Below are positions 18,523 to 27,712 of a stretch of 32,000 bases of DNA, piece by piece. The DNA lies in the NCBI RefSeq assembly GCF_023169545.1, contig NZ_AP019769.1, positions 390,001 through 422,000 on the forward strand, in the 5' to 3' direction. Position numbers and translations under genes: made by a program. The notes under the pieces were generated by a model, which made no database searches, was not told the DNA's origin, and saw nothing but the letters and a program-made list of their open reading frames with translations. Numbering within the stretch: the stretch's first letter is position 1; each line of letters opens with the position of its first letter. This stretch comes from Nanobdella aerobiophila. GTDB lineage: Archaea; Nanobdellota; Nanobdellia; Nanobdellales; Nanobdellaceae.

Positions 18523-20935
18523 TATTAAAAAAAGATCTTATATCTTTTTGAATCTTTCCTATACTATCTATTGGTATATTTAAAGATTTTAATATGGGTT
18601 CTACGGATGCAATAACTTGTTTATTTATATAATATTCCGGATCATAATTATTATCTTTTACTTCATCTGGTAATCTAACTTTATCTGATATTTTTTCTCC
18701 ACCTTTAACAATGATATATTCTACTATAAATCCCCTATCGACTTTATATCCTCTATCTTTATATTTTTTCGCTGCTATAACGTGCGGTGAAGATACTTCA
18801 TATTCTTTCAAACTTTTTCTTAATTGCTCTCTTAATATAAATTTCTTTAAAGGATATTTATGATTTTTTATATTATTTATAACATCATTTAAATAAACTA
18901 TTATTTCATCTTTCTTATCTTCTAATGCCAATTTTAATATATTTTCTTGTACCTCTCCTGCTATTTCCGACCAGTCTCTTCTAACTACCTCAAAACCTCT
19001 TAATTTTATTGTACCATCTTTAGATAACAAGGCATATTTTTTTCTTGCACCTCCTTCTCCAGATCTTTTTTCTACAAAGATACCAGATAGATAGAAATCC
19101 TCAAATTCCATTTCCAGAGGTCTTGGAAGCAAATTATTTATATCCATTAATAAATCTTGTCCATCTTTTTCATTATTTACAATAACAAATATAGAATCTG
19201 TATCTCCATATATTACCTTATATCCTTTATTTTCTATATAATCTTTAACTTCCATGATGTACTTTCTACCCAATGCTGTTATTGAAGATGCACACTCGAG
19301 ACAATACCATCTAGAATTTGGAAAGCCTAGATAACCATATGTTGAATTAATTATATATTTTAAGGACAACTGTCTACTATCTAGAATTTTATATTCTTCA
19401 GAATCTTTATCTAGACCTTTCATCTTTTTCTTTATCTCAATCCTCTCATTAAATATACTTTCTAATATAGAGGATATAAAACCTTTATTTTTCTTACAAT
19501 ACCATACCTCTAATTTTCCAACACTAGTATCTGCGATAATCTTTTCATTTTTACATTCTTCATGATCACATTTTAATGTATCTGGAGAAATATTATACTT
19601 TATTATTATAGAAGGATATAATGACCTAAAATCATATACAGCTATATTTTTATAAAATCCGGATCTTGGTTGAAATACTATTGCTCCGGAATACGTATAT
19701 TTTTTTCTTAATTCTAAATCATCATATGAAGGCTTATTCGGTATTATCTCATTATTGTCTCTTGATCTTTTTATCAAATAATCTTCTACTAATATTCCAT
19801 ATGTGCTTCCTGATAATTCATATAAAGTTATCCCAGCAAGTCTTGAAATTTCTAACAATATTGATTCAAAATGTTTATACAATTTATATGTTAACTCCAC
19901 ATCTTTTTTATTATATTTAATCAAATAACTATAATCTTTTGTTTTAAATATTATATTATATATCTCATTAAAATTTATATCCAGTTTTTTCTCTCCTAAA
20001 ACTTCACTAGCAATTTCATCTAAAGAATAGGTTTCCGAATTAAATTGAGTAGCGAATATTCCAGAAATAACATTAAATAAATCAAAATTTTGTATACCTA
20101 CAAATTTATATTTTTTAGATGTTTCTCTTTTTTTTGTATATAATATATTTTTATTATCCCAACTAAAACTAAATTTGTAATTTAGCTTCTTTGCCCTTTC
20201 ATATAAAAAATACAGATCAAAATTATTAGAATTATATCCTATTAAGATGTCTGGATCTAACTTTTTTATAACTTCATCTACTTTCTTTAATAATTCTAAT
20301 TCGCTATTAACTTTATACCCTTCATCTGAATTGCCATCTATATATATTGAATAATAATCTTTTCCATCATAAAATGTTATTAAATATATTGGATCTTTTG
20401 ATGGATCTGGGATCGCCTGTTCTGAGACAGTTTCTATATCAAAAGCAACAACTTTAAGATTATATTTTTTATCTATAATTCCTAGATTTTTTTTATATTT
20501 GTAATAATCTATATTTTGATCTTTTTTTATTAATTCTAGATCTAATTCATACCAGTTTAATGGATATATGCTCTGATCTAATTGAAATTTTTTTATTATA
20601 GATATATCTCCTTCTTTCTTTCCAAGAATTTTTCCTTCCATTTTATAACTATCAGCTAATTTTTTCAAATTATCATAATTATCTTGATCTATAATTATTT
20701 TGAATACAGTATACTCTCTGCCTATATATTTTTTCTTTTCTATTTCATACTTTTTTATATATTTTTCATTATCTAATTTATTTTTTATTTCATTTAGGTA
20801 TTTTTCATCTTTTAAAATTAAATATAAATAATAAGGTTGATCGTATTCTATCCTGATCTTTTTTCCATTTTCATCTCTGCCATAAACATAAACTTTCTCT
20901 TTATCATGATCAAAATCTAATATAAATACTTTCAT
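18515..20935 (-). CDS. polB: Family B DNA polymerase, uninterrupted (Exo + Pol)
   Basis: Exo I VVAFDIETVS, Exo II GYNSNNFDLYFL, Pol motif A YDFRSLYPSII, motif B LKYIINSTYGYLGFPNSRWYCLECASSITALGR, motif C VIYGDTDSIFV. 806 aa. Confidence 0.97.
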   Translation of the reverse strand: MKVFILDFDHDKEKVYVYGRDENGKKIRIEYDQPYYLYLILKDEKYLNEIKNKLDNEKYIKKYEIEKKKYIGREYTVFKIIIDQDNYDNLKKLADSYKMEGKILGKKEGDISIIKKFQLDQSIYPLNWYELDLELIKKDQNIDYYKYKKNLGIIDKKYNLKVVAFDIETVSEQAIPDPSKDPIYLITFYDGKDYYSIYIDGNSDEGYKVNSELELLKKVDEVIKKLDPDILIGYNSNNFDLYFLYERAKKLNYKFSFSWDNKNILYTKKRETSKKYKFVGIQNFDLFNVISGIFATQFNSETYSLDEIASEVLGEKKLDINFNEIYNIIFKTKDYSYLIKYNKKDVELTYKLYKHFESILLEISRLAGITLYELSGSTYGILVEDYLIKRSRDNNEIIPNKPSYDDLELRKKYTYSGAIVFQPRSGFYKNIAVYDFRSLYPSIIIKYNISPDTLKCDHEECKNEKIIADTSVGKLEVWYCKKNKGFISSILESIFNERIEIKKKMKGLDKDSEEYKILDSRQLSLKYIINSTYGYLGFPNSRWYCLECASSITALGRKYIMEVKDYIENKGYKVIYGDTDSIFVIVNNEKDGQDLLMDINNLLPRPLEMEFEDFYLSGIFVEKRSGEGGARKKYALLSKDGTIKLRGFEVVRRDWSEIAGEVQENILKLALEDKKDEIIVYLNDVINNIKNHKYPLKKFILREQLRKSLKEYEVSSPHVIAAKKYKDRGYKVDRGFIVEYIIVKGGEKISDKVRLPDEVKDNNYDPEYYINKQVIASVEPILKSLNIPIDSIGKIQKDIRSFFNNG

Positions 20936-21261
20936 AATTATTTATTATAGTATATAAATTAAAATTTAATTAAAAATTATTGTATAAAAATTTCTGGCAC
21001 ATTTTCATTTGAAGGATATCCAAAGATCATAACCTACTAAACATACAATACAGCTTCGATTGGATTATAGTTAAGACCCATCTGTGCACTATTTGGTATC
21101 AAAAAGAATATTATCTGGTAATTTGAAAAAGAAACTCCAGAAATAATGGATATATTTTAGTAATATATAAATTTCATTACGGAAGATCTTATCAATTACC
21201 GTATATTAAATATTTTTTCGAATTATCAATAAATTATATCATAATAAAGTATATTGTTAAT

Positions 21262-22107
21262 TTATAATTTTAATTTTAGCTCTACTATATCTTTATCTTC
21301 CAATTTATAGTTTAGTCCACCCCTCGTATACTTGTTATTTCTATATATTTTTGCATAGATAAACTTATCTATCCAATTTTCATTTAATTTTTTTATAAAA
21401 TCCTTTATTATAGCATCTTTATTTAACAATACGCAATGTTCAGAACCTACTGGTTTTACTCTTATATAATCTAATTTTTTAATAATCTCCTCTAATATTT
21501 GATCTATTTTTATATTGTTAAAATCATTATAGTCATTATATATTATTGTATATTCTTTATTATCATATTTATTTAGTTTTATTATCCCTTCAGTAAACTG
21601 ATTTATCCTACTTAATTGTTCTTCTACATTATTTTTATTTAATATAATTATATAATAATCGGATAAAGATAGTATATTTCTAAATCTCCTCTCAAATGTT
21701 GCTGGAATTTCTACAAATTGGTAATATATACAATTGTAAAATAATGTTCCAACTATAGGATTTGTTGTAGAATAGGGTATGTCATTTACATCTACATTTG
21801 CATTTGTAAATTTTTTTAAAAAATAGCTCTTTCCAGAATTTTCTACTCCTAAAATACTAATTAATATATCTCCGTTTTTTTCTATTAATTTTATACCTTT
21901 ATTTCCCTTCTTATTCTTTGATTCTTCTAATAGTGATTCATATTCAGATATTTTTTTATTTATCCAAGCTATTAAATGTTCTGAGCCTTTGTGCTTTGGT
22001 GCGTATTTTAGCATCTCATATAAATATTTTAGTCTTTCTTCATTGGTTCTTGCGCTTTCAAACTTGTTTTTTGCTGCATAAAATTCTGCACCAGCATTAG
22101 TTACCAT
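21262..22107 (-). CDS. DRG-like (OBG-HflX superfamily) GTPase, reduced, with TGS-like C-terminus
   Basis: P-loop ILGVENSGKSYFLKKFT, switch region YSTTNPIVGTLFY, C-terminal KFIYAKIYRNNKYTRGGLNYKLEDKDIVELKLKL (TGS-like). Only 281 aa. Confidence 0.75.
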   Translation of the reverse strand: MVTNAGAEFYAAKNKFESARTNEERLKYLYEMLKYAPKHKGSEHLIAWINKKISEYESLLEESKNKKGNKGIKLIEKNGDILISILGVENSGKSYFLKKFTNANVDVNDIPYSTTNPIVGTLFYNCIYYQFVEIPATFERRFRNILSLSDYYIIILNKNNVEEQLSRINQFTEGIIKLNKYDNKEYTIIYNDYNDFNNIKIDQILEEIIKKLDYIRVKPVGSEHCVLLNKDAIIKDFIKKLNENWIDKFIYAKIYRNNKYTRGGLNYKLEDKDIVELKLKL

Positions 22108-22510
22108 ATATTATATGTAGTTCTTTATTAGAATAAAAAATTACAGGTACCTTTAGTTTTCTCAATATATACCTTAAATTTTTATCTTGAGTACACACTA
22201 TAAAGTCACCAGATAAAGATATATTTACTATTAACCTATCTGTCTTCTCATTGTTTTTATTCGTTTCTATAATATTTATATTATTTTTATTTATATAATC
22301 CAAAACTAATTTATATAGTTTTTTTGACTTCTCAGATCTTGTACTTTTTAATTTGTCCTCTATTTCTATTATATTCTTTCTTAGAGTATATAAACCTACA
22401 TAGTTTATATCTTTTCTATTTAAGAACAACTTTAATTCTTCTATTATATCATAATTATAATAAAAAGGTATAAAAAATACATTAGAATCTATCAATATTT
22501 TATACTGCAT
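22097..22510 (-). CDS. Fcf1/VapC9-like PIN-domain protein
   Basis: KILIDSNVFFIPF, LYTLRKNIIEIE, KTDRLIVNISLSGDFIVCTQDKNLRYILRKLKVPVIFYSNKELHI; gene order with aIF2-gamma. Confidence 0.82.
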   Translation of the reverse strand: MQYKILIDSNVFFIPFYYNYDIIEELKLFLNRKDINYVGLYTLRKNIIEIEDKLKSTRSEKSKKLYKLVLDYINKNNINIIETNKNNEKTDRLIVNISLSGDFIVCTQDKNLRYILRKLKVPVIFYSNKELHIIYGN

Positions 22511-23708
22511 TAATTAGTTCTCCAATAGCATATATTTTCCACCTCTTATTTATTTTTCTCAATATTAATACCCTGTCATTTTCATATCCTAATATTGGTC
22601 TTTCTAATTTTATCGTGATCATATTATTTTTTTCCATATTCTTTATTATACCATTTGATATCATATTATAGAGTACTACTGTTATATCTTCTCCTTTTTG
22701 CATCTTTTCACTGCTATTAAATAATTCTTTAATTATTTCATATTTTACCTTTATCTCATTGTATTGGTTTGGTAGTTTATTTTCTAATCCCAACATTTGG
22801 CCAGCTAATGTATCTTCTTTAGTTACAAATGGATCTAAGTTTGTACCAATACCAGCAGTTCCACCGGGTATTATCTCATCAACGTCTATATTCCCTTGTT
22901 TTAGTGAAACTATTTTAGTCTTAATTGGTTTCCATTGATTATCTATAAATAAACCCGGCCTTATTTCTATATTATCATCTTTCTTTAGTTTTCCTTTTAA
23001 TAATGCTCCACCTAATATACCCCCTACCAATTTTTCTATATCTGTTCCTGGTTTATTTATATCAAAAGATCTTGATATCAAAAAGATAGGATCTGAATTT
23101 ATGTCTCTATTATCTTTTTTTATATCTATTAAAGCTTCTAATATATAGTTTATATTTATATTATTTATCGCGGATATAGGTATTATCTTTACATTTTTTA
23201 TATCTATTTCTAATTTTTTTAACAGATCTATTATATCATTATAATTTTTTATAGCTTCTTCTTTTGATACAAGATCTATTTTATTCTGTACAATTATTAA
23301 AGGTTTATTCCCCATATATTTAAATGCAATTAAATGTTCTAATGTTTGTGGTTGTGGCACTGGCTCATTTGCTGCAATAACTAATATAGCTGCATCTACT
23401 ATTGCAGCACCAGTTAGCATTATCATTAATAAACTTTCATGACCTGGTGCATCTACTACAGATATTTTTTTAATTATAGCATTTTCCTTCCCACATATAG
23501 GACATATCTTTTCAGTAAAGTATCCATGATCTTCACATCTATATATAGTAAAATCAGAATATCCTAATTTTATTGTTAATCCTCTTTTTATTTCCTCCGA
23601 ATGTTTTGATAACCACTGGCCTGTTAATGCTTTTGCTAAAGTTGTTTTTCCATGATCTACATGTCCCAAAATTATAATAGATAAATCAGGATATATTATT
23701 TGATCCAT
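22500..23708 (-). CDS. eif2g: Translation initiation factor 2 subunit gamma (aIF2-gamma)
   Basis: GHVDHGKTTLAKALTGQWLSKHSEEIKRGLTIKLGY, VDAPGHESLL, NKIDLV, zinc-binding CEDHGYFTEKICPICG. Confidence 0.96.
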   Translation of the reverse strand: MDQIIYPDLSIIILGHVDHGKTTLAKALTGQWLSKHSEEIKRGLTIKLGYSDFTIYRCEDHGYFTEKICPICGKENAIIKKISVVDAPGHESLLMIMLTGAAIVDAAILVIAANEPVPQPQTLEHLIAFKYMGNKPLIIVQNKIDLVSKEEAIKNYNDIIDLLKKLEIDIKNVKIIPISAINNININYILEALIDIKKDNRDINSDPIFLISRSFDINKPGTDIEKLVGGILGGALLKGKLKKDDNIEIRPGLFIDNQWKPIKTKIVSLKQGNIDVDEIIPGGTAGIGTNLDPFVTKEDTLAGQMLGLENKLPNQYNEIKVKYEIIKELFNSSEKMQKGEDITVVLYNMISNGIIKNMEKNNMITIKLERPILGYENDRVLILRKINKRWKIYAIGELINAV

Positions 23709-23752
23709 CTTTAAAAGATTATTAAAAAGGATTAAAAATTTATTTTATTTAT

Positions 23753-25366
23753 TTAACTAAACTTATATATTGTTTTATCTCCAGAATCCAATAACTCTAT
23801 ACCTAGCTCTTTTAATCTATTCCTTATTTTATCAGATAAATTATATAGTCTATTATCTCTTAAATCTTTTCTAATATCTATTAGTAGGTTTATTATCTGA
23901 TTAATATTATTATCCTTATTATTACAAAATATATTTTCCCATAAACCATAGATTATCGATGCATTTTTATAAAATTCATACGCTTTATAATATAAAGTAA
24001 ATATATTTGAGTTTATTACATATCTATTTATATATTTTGTAAGCTCTAATAATGTTACAGTAGCTTTTCCTATATTAAAGTCATCTCTAAGATTATCAAT
24101 AAATTCTTTTTCATATTTTAACATATTATTAAATATCTCTATATTTTTTTGATCTAAATAAAACGTCCTTTCTAAATTACCTATATTAGATACTATTATT
24201 TTTATTGTAGATTCTATATAATTATAATTCTTCTTCGCTTGCTCTATACTATCCTCATTTACATCTATAGGTTCTCTATAATGATATGATGCAAAATAAA
24301 ATCTCACAATTTCTGGTCCATACTTATCTATAAAATCTTTTGCAGGTATTATATTTTTCAATGATTTCGACATTTTTTCACCTTTTATTTTTAATAATCC
24401 AACATGTATCCAATATTTCACCCATGGATTTATATTAAATCTAGCTTCTGATTGTGCAATTTCATTTTCATGATGAGGGAATATGAGATCTTGAGCTCCT
24501 GAATGGATATCAAATTGTTTACCTAGATATCTAGATGACATTGTAGAACATTCGATATGCCAGCCTGGTCTTCCCTCTCCTATTATTGTTTTCCAATATG
24601 GTTCTCCATCCTTCTTAAATTTCCATAGAGCAAAATCATACGGATTTTTCTTATCTTCCAATACATTTGTTTCTTGATCCCAATATTCTTTCTTATTACC
24701 TGATAATTTTCCATAATCTTTATATTTATCTACATCAAAATATATGCTATATTTACCTGTATAAGCATATCCTTTATCAATTAGGTCTTTTACAAACTCA
24801 GATATTTCATTTATATGCTCTGTTACTAATGGATTTATATAAAAAGGTAGATTATTTAATCTTTTTATTTGTTCAAGATGATATCTTATATTATTTCTCG
24901 GTATAGACTGCCAATCTTTGGTAGCCAATTCATTAGCTCTATTTATTATCTTATCATCTATATCTGTAAAATTACTTATTGCTATATCAATATACCCAAA
25001 AAATCGAAGTATTCTTCTTATAATATCTATAGATACCTCGGCCCTTAAATGACCTATATGCGAATAATCATAGGGCGTTATCCCACAATGGTATATTCTT
25101 ACAAAAGGATATTCTATAGGCTCAAATATCTCTTTCTTCTTTGTTAGTGTGTTATATATATAAATTGCACCGATATGAATTTTCCATAAATATTTCTTAT
25201 ATCTAATATTTATAAGTTTGTTATTAGATAGATCATTAATGAAATTAATATTATTTGATATGTTTAGAGACAAAGTTGGAATATTTATATTTATCATATT
25301 TTTTATAATATCTATTTTATATATTAGATTTAATTTTCTACCCTTATTACTTGCTCCAATAAGCAT
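23753..25366 (-). CDS. cysS: Cysteinyl-tRNA synthetase (start probably downstream, e.g. ATG at 25297 or later)
   Basis: YHCGITPYDYSHIGHLRAEV, DKIINRANE, GRPGWHIECSTMS, FPHHENEIAQSEA, KGEKMSKSLKN. Confidence 0.93.
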   Translation of the reverse strand: MLIGASNKGRKLNLIYKIDIIKNMININIPTLSLNISNNINFINDLSNNKLINIRYKKYLWKIHIGAIYIYNTLTKKKEIFEPIEYPFVRIYHCGITPYDYSHIGHLRAEVSIDIIRRILRFFGYIDIAISNFTDIDDKIINRANELATKDWQSIPRNNIRYHLEQIKRLNNLPFYINPLVTEHINEISEFVKDLIDKGYAYTGKYSIYFDVDKYKDYGKLSGNKKEYWDQETNVLEDKKNPYDFALWKFKKDGEPYWKTIIGEGRPGWHIECSTMSSRYLGKQFDIHSGAQDLIFPHHENEIAQSEARFNINPWVKYWIHVGLLKIKGEKMSKSLKNIIPAKDFIDKYGPEIVRFYFASYHYREPIDVNEDSIEQAKKNYNYIESTIKIIVSNIGNLERTFYLDQKNIEIFNNMLKYEKEFIDNLRDDFNIGKATVTLLELTKYINRYVINSNIFTLYYKAYEFYKNASIIYGLWENIFCNNKDNNINQIINLLIDIRKDLRDNRLYNLSDKIRNRLKELGIELLDSGDKTIYKFS

Positions 25367-25709
25367 AAGGATATTATTATATATATTTGCAATTTTATTT
25401 ACACTAAATTTTTCTTTATTAACATATATAATAATAGTTTACAGGAAATTTTGGAAAGGTAATTTATTATCTTTTATATCCGCTATTTTTGGATTTGTTT
25501 CTGTCCAGGGATGTATACTAGGATGTGGCATAAGTACAATATCAATATTCTTGGCATCTGTAGCTTCTATATTTGGTATATCTGTAATTCAGCTAGGGTA
25601 CAATTTATTAATAATTAGCGATATATTATTTTTTATAAGTATAATATTTATACTAAGAGTAAAGAAGCCCGAAAATAAAAAGTATGTTTTTAAATTGAAA
25701 TTAAAATAA
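25218..25709 (+). CDS. Predicted small polytopic membrane protein (start uncertain)
   Basis: About four hydrophobic segments, including GFVSVQGCILGCGISTISIFLASVASIFGIS. The 5' part is antisense to the 5' part of the cysS ORF. Confidence 0.55.
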   Translation: MLLDRSLMKLILFDMFRDKVGIFIFIIFFIISILYIRFNFLPLLLAPISIRILLYIFAILFTLNFSLLTYIIIVYRKFWKGNLLSFISAIFGFVSVQGCILGCGISTISIFLASVASIFGISVIQLGYNLLIISDILFFISIIFILRVKKPENKKYVFKLKLK

Positions 25710-25793
25710 GCGGAGGTGTCCGAGAGGCCAAAGGAGATCGGTTGAGGTCCGACTGGTGCAGAACCGCCAGGGGTTCAAATCCCCTCCTCCGCA
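25710..25793 (+). tRNA. tRNA-Leu (anticodon GAG), type II with long variable arm
   Basis: GCGGAGG/CCTCCGC acceptor stem, loop TTGAGGT, T-arm AGGGG-TTCAAAT-CCCCT, variable arm GGT..ACC, no encoded CCA. The anticodon stem has an A-C mismatch at 27-43. Confidence 0.93.
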
Positions 25794-26005
25794 ATTTTAA
25801 AACTTTTTTATTATTAGGGAATAAGACAGAAAGATAATCTATGAAAAGTTGATTTATTAATAATATGTTTATATTTGGGCATGAAGATCTTCATGATATT
25901 GAATGATGCAAGATTATTTAGATCAATTATATGGTTATTATGAACTAGATTTGTAGATAGCAAACATCTATTATCTCATTTATTGAAAAATAGAATATTA
26001 AATTC

Positions 26006-26088
26006 TGGACCCGCAGGGATTCGAACCCTGGAAGACTCTCGTCATCTGGACCTGAACCAGACTCCATCGACCACTCGGACACGGGTCC
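26006..26088 (-). tRNA. tRNA-Leu (anticodon CAG), type II
   Basis: GGACCCG/CGGGTCC acceptor, TCTGG-TTCAGGT-CCAGA anticodon arm, variable arm, T-arm CAGGG-TTCGAAT-CCCTG. Confidence 0.95.
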
Positions 26089-26125
26089 ATAAATTAATAT
26101 TTTTTAATGAATTATATAATTTTAT

Positions 26126-27652
26126 ATGATTAGATCATTATTTATAGATCTTGATAAGAAAGAATTTAAAAATGAAATAATAGATAATAGAACTCTCGAT
26201 TATTCTATAATCTTGAATAAGGATATTTATAGGACCTACGAGAGAGATCCTTATAATAACAATCTTACTATACTATCTGCCGGATATATAAAAGATGAAA
26301 ATGATATAACTTCCTTATTAATATATAGGTCACCCATAACAAATTCTTTAGATATAAATATATCTTCATTTGGAAAATATATAAGAAATACAGGAAATGA
26401 CATGATAATATTAAAAGGAAGGTTAGATAAAAAATATTTTATAATAATAGAAAATGACAATGTAATATTTTTAGAGGATGATATAGAAGAAGATATATAT
26501 AATAAAAAGGAAAAATTATATGGAGAATTAAAAAATATATATGGTAACGAAGACTTTATATTATTATTAAACGGTTTAGGATCAAAATATACTATATATG
26601 GAAATTTAATAATATTTAAAGATGATAAGATTAAAGCAACAAAAGGTGGTATAGGCTCGGTTTTATATAATTATCATAATATTTCCGGGATTTCTATCGG
26701 AGGAAATAACCATGTAAAAATAAATGAGATTAAGATAAATGAAAAAAATATGAATTTTCATGAGAACATTAATGATGTATACAACTTAATATATGAAAAA
26801 GTACCCATATTAAATTTTAAAAATATTTATCTGGCAAAAGAAGAAAATAAAAAAATTTTCGAAGATTTTATATATCCTTTGATAAATAATTTGAAGAAAA
26901 AATATCCATATGAGCCTTTTAATATGTTTGGGCCTTTTTTAGGTATATTTGATGAAAATTATATTTCATTATTGATAGATAAGGCAAATAGATATGGTCT
27001 TGATACATTATATTTAGGTTTTATTCTAGGACTTATATTGGAAGGTCTTGCAATGAACAAAGTAAATATAAATGGATTAAATAGTTCTATATTTGATTTT
27101 AATAATTTAGATAGATCAACAGAAAATAATTATAAAATTGTAGATTATCTAATGGATAAAATCGCTTATGAAGAACTATCTATTCTAGGAAAGAATATAA
27201 GATATATTTCTAATATATTTAATCTAGACGATATATCTGTATATGCACCTTTGGGAGAATCTTATTCTGCAGTGTTCAATCCATATATATCATTGGGTTT
27301 GTTTTTACCAAATATAATATATGATAAATATTTTTCAGATCATTTAATGAATCCTACTGATCCAGTTAGCTATGCAGAATTAAATTATGGAAGACTTGAA
27401 TCAACATTTTATATAAATAATTTACATGATAATATATATAATTTTAAAAGGGATAATGTTTTCGTAAAGATGTTAGAGTATCAGAAATTAACAAATTCTA
27501 TGCCTAATTTTAATTATTCAAAAAGATTAAACGATATATACTTGTATATATCCAGAAATTATAATTTAAATTATACTTTTGAAGATTATTTTTTAAACTA
27601 TTATAATAGATATAAAGAATTAATATATAATAATAAAGCCTCCGTAGTGTAG
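26126..27652 (+). CDS. Divergent aldehyde:ferredoxin oxidoreductase (AOR) family homologue lacking all cysteines
   Basis: AOR N-domain pattern SLLIYRSPITNSLDINISSFGKYIRNTGNDMIILKGRLDKKYFIII and KATKGGIGSVLYNYHNISGISIGG; central RYGLDTLYLGFILGLILEG. No Cys in the 508-aa ORF. Confidence 0.7.
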   Translation: MIRSLFIDLDKKEFKNEIIDNRTLDYSIILNKDIYRTYERDPYNNNLTILSAGYIKDENDITSLLIYRSPITNSLDINISSFGKYIRNTGNDMIILKGRLDKKYFIIIENDNVIFLEDDIEEDIYNKKEKLYGELKNIYGNEDFILLLNGLGSKYTIYGNLIIFKDDKIKATKGGIGSVLYNYHNISGISIGGNNHVKINEIKINEKNMNFHENINDVYNLIYEKVPILNFKNIYLAKEENKKIFEDFIYPLINNLKKKYPYEPFNMFGPFLGIFDENYISLLIDKANRYGLDTLYLGFILGLILEGLAMNKVNINGLNSSIFDFNNLDRSTENNYKIVDYLMDKIAYEELSILGKNIRYISNIFNLDDISVYAPLGESYSAVFNPYISLGLFLPNIIYDKYFSDHLMNPTDPVSYAELNYGRLESTFYINNLHDNIYNFKRDNVFVKMLEYQKLTNSMPNFNYSKRLNDIYLYISRNYNLNYTFEDYFLNYYNRYKELIYNNKASVV

Positions 27653-27712
27653 CCAGGACAACATTCCGGGCTTCGGTCCTGGAGATCAGGGGTTCGAATC
27701 CCCTCGGAGGCT
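27638..27712 (+). tRNA. tRNA-Arg (anticodon TCG)
   Basis: GCCTCCG/CGGAGGC acceptor, CCGGG-CTTCGGT-CCTGG anticodon arm, AGGGG-TTCGAAT-CCCCT T-arm. 75 nt, no encoded CCA. Confidence 0.92.

Noticed and set aside
19666-19920. Plus ORF inside polB
   Set aside because: Antisense to conserved polymerase motifs.
21918-22100. Plus ORF inside the DRG-like gene
   Set aside because: Short antisense ORF without features.
24667-24906. Plus ORF inside cysS
   Set aside because: Antisense to the conserved CysRS core.
25871-25925. Possible third C/D sRNA (ATGAAGA...TTGAATGATGC...)
   Set aside because: Neither C nor D boxes fit consensus, and the spacing is poor; recorded only as a palindrome.
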